Source of the DNA: Methanomassiliicoccaceae archaeon
GTDB lineage: Archaea > Thermoplasmatota > Thermoplasmata > Methanomassiliicoccales > Methanomassiliicoccaceae
Reading direction: 5' to 3'
Length of the DNA stretch: 64,000 nt
Assembly (NCBI GenBank): GCA_963728405.1
Contig: CAVSJV010000004.1
Coordinates: 192,001 to 256,000 of the forward strand
A program made the translations under genes and the position numbers. Positions 21,255 through 30,707 of the stretch are shown piece after piece (positions within the stretch are counted from its first letter, which is position 1; every line of letters begins with the position of its first letter). The notes under the pieces are model-generated. The model was not told the DNA's origin. It made no database searches and saw only the letters and a program-made list of their open reading frames with translations.

Positions 21255-21839
21255 CTAGAGGCTGTATCTTTCAGCCATCTCTTCGAGCGCGTCGTTGGGC
21301 GTCTTGCCTTTGAGATCGTCGCGGGTGGTGTTCCACCACTCTTCCTCGAACTTGCTGAGGGCGGCGATCAGCTTCTCTTCGGTGGGGAAATTCTCTCCTT
21401 CCTTCACCTTGAAGTCCTCGCGGAATGTCTTCAGGAGGTCCACGTTATATTCGTGATTGACCATGGTCACGGTCAGGTAATCGTCAAGGTTCCTGGCGTA
21501 GGCCAGGGCCATTTCCTCAGGAACGACGTCCATGGTCATGTCCAGCAGGGCATTGGCCAAGGTCAGGAAGAGCACTTCCTCCCTGGACTCCTTGGGCACC
21601 GACTTATCGTTGATGACCTCCATGAGGTTGGAGAACCATACATCTCGCAAGGCGTAGCTGCGGTTCTGGTTCTTACCGAAGATCACTTCTTCAGCTATGG
21701 TGTCCAGATCCACCGCCAGTTCCTCGGGTGAGGGGATGTCCTCAACTACCGGCTTGGCCGGCTTGGGCTTCTTTGGGGCCTTCCCCACCTTTGGTGACGC
21801 TTTCTTGGCTGGCTTGACCAACTTCTTGTCGCTATTCAT
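21255..21839 (-). CDS. hypothetical protein
   Basis: Lys/Pro-rich N-terminus, acidic helical core; C-terminal WWNTTRDDLKGKTPNDA resembles the Xre/MbcA/ParS-type small domain. Confidence 0.65.
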   Translation of the reverse strand: MNSDKKLVKPAKKASPKVGKAPKKPKPAKPVVEDIPSPEELAVDLDTIAEEVIFGKNQNRSYALRDVWFSNLMEVINDKSVPKESREEVLFLTLANALLDMTMDVVPEEMALAYARNLDDYLTVTMVNHEYNVDLLKTFREDFKVKEGENFPTEEKLIAALSKFEEEWWNTTRDDLKGKTPNDALEEMAERYSL

Positions 21840-21994
21840 GATCGTGACCTCTCTGTGCCGGCTCTAGCTCCACAGTGCGCCCACCCGCCCTGGATCAGGG
21901 CCATCGACGGGCCGATGAAGAACTAGGGGGGCCTGCCCCAGTACTCGAATAAAGGTCGTGCCAGTATATAGTTCCTCTTTGGGGATGGAGTTCC

Positions 21995-23122
21995 CTAACG
22001 CACCTGCCCCATGACCTTCCGGACGATGGCCAGACCCTTGCGGATGTTGTCCTCCGAGGCAGCGTAGGAGAACCGCAGATGGCCCTCTCCCCGGTCCCCG
22101 AAGGCGGTCCCCGGCGCGCAGATGACCCCGTTGCTGACGATCTTCCGGGCCAGGTCCCGGGAGGAGATCTTTTGGTCGAAGGATGGGAAGGCATAGAACG
22201 CCCCCTCCGGGAGATGACAATGGAACCCATCGATGTTGTTGAGCTCCTCCACCATGGCCTGACGCCTCTGGTCAAAAATGGGTACGAGGCCCTTGGTGAA
22301 CCGGTCCTGGATGTCAAACACCTGGGCCAGCGCATACTGCGGCGGGGTCGGCGGGCAGGCCACCAGGTGATAGTGCATCTTGGCGATATCGTTGACGATA
22401 TCCAGCGGCGCGGTCAGGTAGCCGATGCGCCAGCCCGGGACGGCGAACGACTTGGAGAAGGAGTTGAGGACCACCGCGGTCTCGATGATCTCGTTGAACG
22501 AACGATGCTTCCCTTCATAGACGAAATCCTCATAGACCTCGTCGGAGACGACCCACAAGTGATGGTCCTGGGCGATGTCCACCAATGCGCGGAAGTTCTC
22601 CTCGGTCAATACCGAACCGGTGGGGTTGGAGGGCGAGTTCACCACCAGCCCCTTGGTCCGGGCCGTGATGCTCTCCTTCAGCGCCTCGATGTCCGGTTGG
22701 AAACCGCTCTCGTCCAGAAGGGGGTAGGGCACCGGATTGGCACCGACCAGCACGCTGTCCGGCTCGTACAGTACGAAACCGGGCTCGGGTATCAGGATCT
22801 CATCACCAGGATCGAACAGGGTCTGGAAAGTGGCCATGGTCCCCTCGGTCCCCGAGGCGGTGATGATCACGTTCTCCATAGTGATGTCCGGGCGGTACTT
22901 CTGCACCTTCCTGGCCACCGGGGCCCGCAGCTCGTCGATCCCCTTGGTGGGGCCATAGCGGTTGCGGTCGTGGTCCAGCGCCTCTTTGAAGGCTTCCCTG
23001 ACCTCCACCGGCGGCTCGAAGTCCAGCTCGCCCAAACCAAGGTTGATGGAATCCTTGGTGGCCATCTCGAATATCTCTCTGATCCCTGACGGCTTAATGT
23101 TCTGAACGCGCTTGGAGACCAT
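21995..23122 (-). CDS. PLP-dependent class I/II aminotransferase (aspartate aminotransferase-like)
   Basis: NSPSNPTG, SDEVY, SFSKSFAVPGWRIG, PEGAFY, HLRFSYA. Confidence 0.93.
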   Translation of the reverse strand: MVSKRVQNIKPSGIREIFEMATKDSINLGLGELDFEPPVEVREAFKEALDHDRNRYGPTKGIDELRAPVARKVQKYRPDITMENVIITASGTEGTMATFQTLFDPGDEILIPEPGFVLYEPDSVLVGANPVPYPLLDESGFQPDIEALKESITARTKGLVVNSPSNPTGSVLTEENFRALVDIAQDHHLWVVSDEVYEDFVYEGKHRSFNEIIETAVVLNSFSKSFAVPGWRIGYLTAPLDIVNDIAKMHYHLVACPPTPPQYALAQVFDIQDRFTKGLVPIFDQRRQAMVEELNNIDGFHCHLPEGAFYAFPSFDQKISSRDLARKIVSNGVICAPGTAFGDRGEGHLRFSYAASEDNIRKGLAIVRKVMGQVR

Positions 23123-23286
23123 AGGGCCCTGTGAACGATTATCACGGTATAATCTCTTTCGGTCACCTAGGGCGGCGGGCCAAATGCCCTGGACCATCCT
23201 TCATTCACCAGGGCACCATCGCCCTCATTCTGCTGCAGTGCCAGTCCATATCGCGAGAAAGGAGAATAAAGAATGGAGCGGACCGC

Positions 23287-23970
23287 TCACTTCAGATTAC
23301 CCATGAGCCAGGTTCTGACCTCATCATGGACCTCGGTTGCGACCTCATCCAGAGAATGAGAGGCATCATCATGGAGGATGAACTCCTTAGGATCCTTGGC
23401 GATGTAGAAGGCGTACGAGGAGCACCGAGGAGGCAGTTCCTTGTCCTTCCCCCCATGGATGAATAGGCTGGAAACGCCCTCCCTGAACTCGGTCAGGGCA
23501 TCGGCCCCATTGCTTTGGGTCGAGAGAGTGACCAGGGTCTTCACGATAGAAGACTTCGCTGCGGCCTGGATCGCTACCGCCCCGCCGAAGGAGTAGCCGA
23601 TCAAGGCGGTCTTCGTAACACCCTGCGACTTTAGGAACCTCAGTCCGGCCAGAACGTCCAAAGAGCCTTCGACCAGATCGTTGGGCTGCCGGTACCTGAT
23701 CCTTAGAGAAGCGATCCCTTTTGCTACCAGCTCCTCGGCCAGGACCGGATACAGGTCTTTGGCCGGTGAATCGAAATCCCCGCCCGTTCCGCCGACCATG
23801 ACCGCTGCCCTGTCTGCGCCTTCGACCGGGTAGTATCTGCAGAAGACCTCGCCCCGGGATGTGGTGAGCGTCACTTCCTGGAACCCGTTCTCAGCAGGAA
23901 CGATCCTCATATCTGTGATGCTCATGACCACGTCGCACCCCAGTATCTTGACCCGCAGCGGCCTTTCCAT
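23287..23970 (-). CDS. alpha/beta hydrolase
   Basis: GYSFGG nucleophile elbow, IHGGKD, ASH (Ser-Asp-His triad). Confidence 0.85.
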   Translation of the reverse strand: MERPLRVKILGCDVVMSITDMRIVPAENGFQEVTLTTSRGEVFCRYYPVEGADRAAVMVGGTGGDFDSPAKDLYPVLAEELVAKGIASLRIRYRQPNDLVEGSLDVLAGLRFLKSQGVTKTALIGYSFGGAVAIQAAAKSSIVKTLVTLSTQSNGADALTEFREGVSSLFIHGGKDKELPPRCSSYAFYIAKDPKEFILHDDASHSLDEVATEVHDEVRTWLMGNLK

Positions 23971-24076
23971 GCTAATTGCATACGGATAACTTATCTATAA
24001 TCTTATTTAGGAGGCTGATACACCGCCTTAAACTTCGACCTCGAATGATTATCTGCAACCTCATGGAGAGGCCAGT

Positions 24077-24860
24077 ATGAGGTATGCAAGAACAAGAATG
24101 GTGTTGATCGCCCCGCTGGTGGGCCCATTTATCATGGCCGGGACTGCCGTCACTTTGTTGGGCCGGGAGGCGGCGAAGGGGTGGACACAAGCGACCCGAG
24201 CAATGGGGCCGCCCCCTTGGATAAGGACCCCGTACCGGGCTGCAGAGACTTTGCCAGGATGAATACCTACGTCGCGTCGAACGGCCAATCGTTCCGTCGA
24301 GGTGGGAACCTAGGCGGCATTGGACATTAAGGCCACAGAAATCCCGGCATGGGGAGGGCCAATCGACCCTAACGAGTGGATAAGGCCCAACAAGACCGTC
24401 GTCCTGACGGCACCCAAATGCGATACGGTTTGCCCGAATGACGTCGAGGTCCCCTACTTGGCCGGGAAGGACTATCTGCTCGTCTCGGAACGGCATGCAG
24501 GATAGACATATTGGGGAGGGAGAGCAGCACAGCACCCCTAGAGCGACGGTCCCTCCGGCGTGGTTCTTGGGGTGCACGGGGACCACCGGCTTCCCGACCT
24601 TGGGCAGTCCTTGCTTGATCAAGCCCCATGAGCCCGGCACCTACTGCCTGGAGCTAAAGGCCCTGGACTGTCCGAGGCGAACAGAGCAGCGAGCCGGCCC
24701 ACTTGCCGATAGATATGTGGGCACCGTCCATGCCATGCGCCGAGTAAAGGCGTACTATCAACCGCCCATCTTGAGCTCGACCCGGAATGAACTATTCTTC
24801 GAAAGGGTCATGAGCTCGGGCTGGAAGGAGAAGTATCGGCCCATGCTCACCTTTCGGTAG
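24077..24860 (+). pseudogene. probable decayed gene for an exported protein
   Basis: Short protein-like fragments in different frames, starting with a signal-peptide-like segment; family not recognised. Confidence 0.3.
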
Positions 24861-25018
24861 CTGTGAACCGCGATTCATTGGTGTCTAGGCCCCTAGCAAC
24901 CGTGGGGGTAGCGATCGTAACGAATTTCATGAAGAACTTCACGAATCACCTCCCCCGGCCATTCTATCTCTGAATACTCAAGACCAAGGAACTAAATCAC
25001 AACGGTCAATGGGCAACC

Positions 25019-25462
25019 ATGCCACAAAAACCACGACCGATCGGAGTGACCTTGGTGAGCATGCTCTATCTGCTGATGTCGCTCATAGCGTTCGTGGGGG
25101 CAATGGGGTTCTTCTTATGGGCGGGGCTGAGCCACAGTGAGCTCGACGCTCAATTGCCCAACGCACCCATCTGGCTGGTGGAAGGCGGCTCCTTGGTCTT
25201 GACGAGCCTGGGACTGATCATCTTCCTGGTTGCAGTGGTCAACCTCACCATCGCCCTAGGATGTTTCAGAGGTTGGGGCTGGGTGTGGACCTGGGCATTG
25301 GTGTTCGCCGTTCTGAACATCTTCTTCGCCATGTTCAATGCATTCAGCCAGGGCTTCACCCTGAACGCCCTCTGGATCGGCCTCATTGGCTCATTGTTGC
25401 CGATCGTGGTCCTCTTCTACCTCAATACGAGGAAGGTGAAGGTGTTCTTCGGCAAGGCCTGA
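25019..25462 (+). CDS. small membrane protein
   Basis: RPIGVT start, four hydrophobic segments, YLNTRKVKVFF end. Confidence 0.75.
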   Translation: MPQKPRPIGVTLVSMLYLLMSLIAFVGAMGFFLWAGLSHSELDAQLPNAPIWLVEGGSLVLTSLGLIIFLVAVVNLTIALGCFRGWGWVWTWALVFAVLNIFFAMFNAFSQGFTLNALWIGLIGSLLPIVVLFYLNTRKVKVFFGKA

Positions 25463-25482
25463 GAGCCAAGACATTTTCTTTT

Positions 25483-26766
25483 TTAATCTATAGAAGCGTT
25501 TTTGCTCAGCAAGGCCGCAGGCAGTAGAATTACGAACTTCGCACCCTTGGAATGATCTCCGTGAACACGGTCCTCGACCCATACCTGACCGTTGCATCGA
25601 TTGACCAGTTTGCTAACTAAAAAAAGGCCCAATCCCCTCCCGCTCGCGGTTGTCTTCCCCCTCATGAGCCTGGAGAAGATAGTTTTTTTGATCGTGTCCG
25701 GGATGCCAGGGCCATTATCCTCCACGACGAACTTCCAATAGTCCTGCCTATCACGAGTTACTTTTTCCATTTTGATTTCGATCACTACTGGACCCTTAGA
25801 ATGTTTGATCGCGTTCTCGATCAAGTTCCGAAAAACCTCGGTCAACAGGTCCGTGCTGAGGACCGCACTATTGGGAAAGGGGTCGAAGACTATTCTGACC
25901 CTCTCCCCCTCCTGGAGTGTTCGGACCGACTCGATCGCGCGTTCAATGCAGGCATTGACATCCACCACAAAACAACCCGCTTCATCTTGTTCCAGGGCTT
26001 GGAGTTTCCTGACCACCTCAATGAGATTAGTGATGGACCTCTGGGCTTCTAGAGCCCTAGTTAATTTTGCTTCATCATTTTTCTCAATGTGATTCCGCGT
26101 TAACACCAGATCGATGTTACCTTGAGCCACAGTGTTCAGGTTGGCCGTATCGTGTGTGATCAGGTCCATGTAAAGCTCTGCCTGAGCACGGGACTCCTGT
26201 TCAAGATCATACAACCTGGCGTTCGTCAAAGCAATGGTGCAGCGTTCTGCCGCGACCCCGATCAAGGCCATCTCCCGCCCTGTTTGAGGGTGGGGCGCTA
26301 TCCACCCGACAAACAACACACCAACGAGTTCCCCACCGTATCTCAGAGGAATTCCTACTATGGATGTCACATCTCTTCCCGCTATGAAAGGTATGAAGAT
26401 ATCGCTTTCATGAACATTTTCGATGTAAACCGGGGCAGTTATCTCGGCGATCGATCCTGCAGTGCGGGTGCTGAGTTCCCGAGTAATGTTCGATCCTGAC
26501 TGATCTATCCCGACGCTTGCCCTGATGAATGAAGTGGTGTGCTCCTTGAGCAGGATGACCACCACATCTCCTTTGAGTACGCCCAGCATGACTTTCAGCA
26601 GCGTGTCGAGAAGTTCGTCCATATCTAAGGTCGCAATCGCAGTGCTGGTGACCTGTTCGAGAGAAAGAAGATCATTGGTCGTATCGGACATTTCCTTCCT
26701 TGCTTCTTCCAGCTCTCTTTTCAGCACTTCAACATACGGCGATTGCACGGAGTATGGTTCTAACAA
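25483..26766 (-). CDS. GAF-domain sensor histidine kinase
   Basis: GAF (SIVGIPL...LVGVL), H-box DLITHD, N-box NLIENAIKH, DNGPGI, GRGLGL; visibly more AT-rich than its neighbours; start uncertain. Confidence 0.9.
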   Translation of the reverse strand: MLEPYSVQSPYVEVLKRELEEARKEMSDTTNDLLSLEQVTSTAIATLDMDELLDTLLKVMLGVLKGDVVVILLKEHTTSFIRASVGIDQSGSNITRELSTRTAGSIAEITAPVYIENVHESDIFIPFIAGRDVTSIVGIPLRYGGELVGVLFVGWIAPHPQTGREMALIGVAAERCTIALTNARLYDLEQESRAQAELYMDLITHDTANLNTVAQGNIDLVLTRNHIEKNDEAKLTRALEAQRSITNLIEVVRKLQALEQDEAGCFVVDVNACIERAIESVRTLQEGERVRIVFDPFPNSAVLSTDLLTEVFRNLIENAIKHSKGPVVIEIKMEKVTRDRQDYWKFVVEDNGPGIPDTIKKTIFSRLMRGKTTASGRGLGLFLVSKLVNRCNGQVWVEDRVHGDHSKGAKFVILLPAALLSKNASID

Positions 26767-26849
26767 AAATTATAATAAGTTATGGGCTGGCCTCACCTGC
26801 CAGATATGCAATAGAACGTACCATTTACCGAGCTTTCTTCCCCTATGAC

Positions 26850-27250
26850 ATTCCTTGCCCGCCGGGAAATATTTTACAATGGGGCCCCAGTAGTTTTCAT
26901 ACCCGCCCCGATCATAATCATCTGTCTGTTCCTCAGACACACGGGTGTGGGCCACGGTGAGCTCAGTGCATTCTGGTCCGCTCCTCAGACCGATCTCCAA
27001 CCGAGAAGGCGGATAGCCATCCGACCATTCCAAAGCATACCATTCCTGAGCTATCTTATCCTCCTCTGGCTCTAGGTTCTTAGCCGTGATGTATCCGCCC
27101 CCTGCAAAGAACCCCCCTCCACTTCTGAGCTTCTCTCGGCCTTATCTCGGGTGGAGGCAGCGTGTTCCTTCGGGCCCCCTGAACGTGTTGTAGATCTGCT
27201 CCGGGTTAGCGGAAATGATCACATTCTGTCCGATGATCCTGTCCTATTGG
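26850..27250 (-). pseudogene. SRPBCC / Aha1 (activator of Hsp90 ATPase)-like pseudogene
   Basis: Fragments IGQNVIISANPEQIY / GYITAKNLE / IAQEW..LEWSDGYPPSRLE...TELTVAH...YWGPIVKYF, interrupted by a stop and frameshifts. Confidence 0.7.
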
Positions 27251-27409
27251 CTATGCGCTCTGAACCGTTCTGCGCCAATATCCTTATTTGTAACACTTTT
27301 GCATCTGGCCATTTATACGGGCGCGATAATGGGAGACCGCAGCGACCCCATATTCAACAAATAATAATATTGAAGGAGGGCGGTCCGTTTTCTTATCTAA
27401 TAAATGCCA

Positions 27410-28087
27410 CTACCATAGGAAAGGAACGAGCCGGTAACGGACTTTCTGTGTATACGCCCGGTAACCTTCCAGGTCTCGATTGAGCATCTCTTCTTCCCCG
27501 AGTATCCTCGCCATGAGCAGAATGGTCAAGGCGACACCTACGAGCACCCCGTAGAGTGAGCCAAGGAGCAGGGGTGCCCCGACCATCATCAGGATCGCCC
27601 CTAGATACATTAGATGTCGGACAAATCCGTATACTCCCGTGGACACCACCTGCTGTTTCCGATCCTCTTGGATCCGAACGAGAGGGGACAGGAAGGTGTT
27701 ATCGGTGAAGGACCGAAAGAATAGGAAAAATGATCCGGCAAGCCCGGCTCCCCCGAGAACTTTCAGCCAGAGAGGGAAGACGGGGGACCAACCGAACCTT
27801 TTTGCATCTAATGGCATGATGGTGATCCAGAGAATGAACCCGACCACGAGCCCATAGACGACATATCTGTCCCAGCCTTCCTGGTTGCCAGCACCGGGTT
27901 TCTCGTACCGCTCTGCAAGTAGAGCCGGGTCCTTCCGGTACAGATACAGGATCGTCGAATAGCAGAGAAGAATGAACCAGATGCTGAATATCCAGCCTTC
28001 TGGCCAGGTGATATCTCCCGAAAGGCCGATGATCAGGGCGGGAAATAACAGAATGTACACTAATGCAAAGATTAGTCTCTTCTCCAT
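27410..28087 (-). CDS. isoprenylcysteine carboxylmethyltransferase-family membrane protein
   Basis: NTFLSPLVRIQ, VVSTGVYGFVRH.MY.G, EEEML, GYRAY..KVRYRLVP. Confidence 0.9.
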   Translation of the reverse strand: MEKRLIFALVYILLFPALIIGLSGDITWPEGWIFSIWFILLCYSTILYLYRKDPALLAERYEKPGAGNQEGWDRYVVYGLVVGFILWITIMPLDAKRFGWSPVFPLWLKVLGGAGLAGSFFLFFRSFTDNTFLSPLVRIQEDRKQQVVSTGVYGFVRHLMYLGAILMMVGAPLLLGSLYGVLVGVALTILLMARILGEEEMLNRDLEGYRAYTQKVRYRLVPFLW

Positions 28088-28383
28088 CCGCACTACATTA
28101 AGGTCAGGAATATGATAAATATGCCCTATCAACCATTCCTCCACCGGCTCAGATAGACCTCTGGACCTGGAGAACGGCAAGATGAACAGCGTGTTCTGTC
28201 CCCTTCAATACGACACTGGTCGACGAAGCGATAGATGAGGCCGTAAATAGGTTTTAGAAAATACAAAATTACTTCGCCTCCTGTTATCGACCGCGATTAC
28301 CACGACCTTAGGGCCCCCCTTATAAGCACTTCCGGGGTCGAGCAGGTAGCTAGGTTAAATATGGGTATATAAATAAGTCCTCA

Positions 28384-28944
28384 GTGGTGTTCCAATTTCA
28401 TCTTACAAAATTGAGAACGTCAGTGGCCTCCACCTCGTTGGGGAATGAGCTCGACCTACAAGCGATTGCACTGGCCTTGGCCGAGGCGGAATACGAACCG
28501 GAGAAATTTCCCGGCCTCATATATCGGGTCAAGGACCCTAAGGCCGCTCTCCTCCTTTTCAGGAGCGGAAAGATCGTTTGTACCGGAGCAAAGAATATTG
28601 GCCAGGTAAGAACGGCGATCGAGAAAGTAATAAAACTAGTTGAGAAGACCGGCATCTCTGTTATCAAGGAACCGGTGATTGTGGTCCAAAACATCGTGGC
28701 CTCGGCCGACCTCGGACAACAATTGAATCTCAACTCCATCGCCATTTCCTTAGGTTTGGAAAGGGTAGAGTACGAGCCGGAGCAGTTCCCCGGACTGGTC
28801 TACCGTTTGGACGAGCCCAAGGTAGTGCTATTGATATTCGGCTCAGGGAAAATCGTTTGCACTGGGGGGAAGAAGCCTCAGGACATCGAGGCTGCGGTCG
28901 AGAAGGTCACGGCAGAATTGCGCTCCTCGGGTCAGATGCGGTGA
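28384..28944 (+). CDS. tbp: TATA-box-binding protein (N-terminus irregular)
   Basis: Two repeats YEPEKFPGLIYR...FRSGKIVCTG and YEPEQFPGLVYR...FGSGKIVCTG; the conserved KIENV is one base out of frame at ~28422. Confidence 0.93.
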   Translation: MVFQFHLTKLRTSVASTSLGNELDLQAIALALAEAEYEPEKFPGLIYRVKDPKAALLLFRSGKIVCTGAKNIGQVRTAIEKVIKLVEKTGISVIKEPVIVVQNIVASADLGQQLNLNSIAISLGLERVEYEPEQFPGLVYRLDEPKVVLLIFGSGKIVCTGGKKPQDIEAAVEKVTAELRSSGQMR

Positions 28945-29343
28945 GAATCCACTGACGAAACTCGGTGGCCGCCGTCGATCGAACGGCATTGCTCCAATTC
29001 ACTAGTCGATCTCATCGAGCTCGGAGGGGTCCCCCTGCTAAAACAACCAAAACAAGTGGTGTGGACAGTGGGGGTGAGGAGTCCGGTTTTTGGGATCACA
29101 TATCGCCCCAGCACCACCGATTTTCTAATCACTAAAGTGGAAATTTGAGACAAAGGTTGTGCCACACCTTCTCGTAGGGGATGAGGTCGGGCGTGGCCAG
29201 ACGGATGAGTTCTTCATATGCCCTATGAAGGGCGAAATTATCCGAACATTTACCCCAGCAAATCGATCGATTCATGGCCCCATACGACAATTCTAAGTAT
29301 CGGTAATTCTAAGATTTATTAGTATACCCGGGTCGGTGAATGA

Positions 29344-29805
29344 ATGCAAAAGGAGATCACCAAAGAGGAAAGGAACAAAGCAGTACTTAGCCGCGAGATG
29401 TCCGAGGCCTGGACAAGAGGGAACCTGGACATAATCGATGAGCTCGTGGCCAGCGATTATGTGATGCACGATCCCAGCCAGCCAGGGGAGATCAGGGGTA
29501 GGGAGGCGCTCAAGCAGTACATCGTCGCCTTCCGCACCGCCTTCCCTGACCTTCAAATGGCATTCGATGATATGGTCGTCGAGAACGACAGTGTGGCCAC
29601 AAGGGTAAGGCTAAAGGGTACTCACAACGGCCCCCTGGTTGGCATTCCGGCCACGGGCAGGGAAGTATCAGTGTGGGGCCTCTCCATTGATCGCTTGCAG
29701 GATGGCAAGATCGTCGAGACGCATGTCATCTTCGACTTGACAGGCCTGCTGCGGCAGATTGGCATAGTCCCTCCCCTGGATGAAGGAGGGTTGATCTACG
29801 ACTAA
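29344..29805 (+). CDS. SnoaL-like ester cyclase (NTF2 fold)
   Basis: FRTAFPDL, GTHNG.LVGIPATGR, DGKIVE. Confidence 0.88.
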   Translation: MQKEITKEERNKAVLSREMSEAWTRGNLDIIDELVASDYVMHDPSQPGEIRGREALKQYIVAFRTAFPDLQMAFDDMVVENDSVATRVRLKGTHNGPLVGIPATGREVSVWGLSIDRLQDGKIVETHVIFDLTGLLRQIGIVPPLDEGGLIYD

Positions 29806-29964
29806 TAGACAAAGAGAGCCTCAAGCCTCCCCTTACCAAATCGGCCGAGGTGGTTGGGGCAGCTCACTCTAGCGCCCATCTGGGAGTTGAGGCCGAACGC
29901 GACCATGGTGGTGTGGGAAGTGAGGCGTCCGATTTTGGGAGATATAAATTTTCCAAAAAATGGG

Positions 29965-30074
29965 TGGTGCGAGGGGCCGGATTTGAACCGACGAACCTCT
30001 TCAGGAACAGATCTTGAGTCTGTCGCCTTTGGTCGATGAGAACTTCATCATTGACCTGGCTTGGCTACCCTCGC
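29965..30074 (-). tRNA. tRNA-Leu(CAA) with encoded CCA and a 22-nt intron at position 21/22 (intron 30029-30050)
   Basis: Minus strand: GCGAGGGTAGCCAAGCCAGGTCAA[TGATGAAGTTCTCATCGACCAA]AGGCGACAGACTCAAGATCTGTTCCTGAAGAGGTTCGTCGGTTCAAATCCGGCCCCTCGCACCA. Removing the bracket gives an 88-nt class II cloverleaf. Confidence 0.93.
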
Positions 30075-30326
30075 GTTGGGCTCTCGTAAATACTAACTCC
30101 TTATAATAAGTGTCGCAGGGGAACATCTTTTTCTGCCCCTGAATTGGACCACTGCGAGAGCACATCCAAGCTCCTATCGTTGGATGAAGGCACTGTTGTG
30201 CGGTACTGATATGGGCATATGGTGCCCTCACGCCAACAATTCCCCCGTTGGAACAAAGGCGATGATCTCAAAAATGATTGGACGAGGCGGAGAGCTGGGT
30301 CGCGTCCGTGCGATTCTGCTCGAGGA

Positions 30327-30660
30327 TCAGTGGCAGCTGGGATTACGCTCGGACGAGGGCTGCAGGTCAAAGACCTTACGTAGCCAGACCTCGGCGTCAT
30401 TCCAGTCCAGGCAGACGATGTAGTCATCGCTCAGAGGTGTCTCCCGATCGATCTCGTAGGAATGCTCAGGAGCGGGGCTCTCATAGTGAAGGAGCGTAGA
30501 GGCGGAATGTCCCTCGGGCCGCCTTGTCCGCCTTGGGCGCCGATACTACCGAGGCGCCATAATCGTTGGGGAAACGATAGATCTTGTGGATGCGGTCCCC
30601 CTCCATACATCCGCACACGCATTTCGAATTAAGATCGACGGTAAACTCCTCGAAATCCAT
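30327..30660 (-). CDS. hypothetical protein (frameshift ~30494)
   Basis: Joined translation MDFEEF...YRFPNDYGASVV...FRLYVLHYE...ETPLSDDYIVCLDWNDAEVWLRKVF. Confidence 0.6.
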
Positions 30661-30707
30661 TCTATCCCGTCCAATATCGCCAGGGCGATTAATGAACTGT
30701 TCCCCGC

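Noticed and set aside
24320-24631. Pyrrolysine read-through at two in-frame TAG codons
   Set aside because: The read-through product is not protein-like; decay explains the region better.
23972-29990. attL/attR duplication of the tRNA-Leu 3' end
   Set aside because: No second copy found by eye, and no integrase.
30029-30051. tRNA intron as a box C/D guide RNA (ATGATGA at the junction)
   Set aside because: Only 22 nt, no box D (CTGA), and the motif is part of the intron stem.
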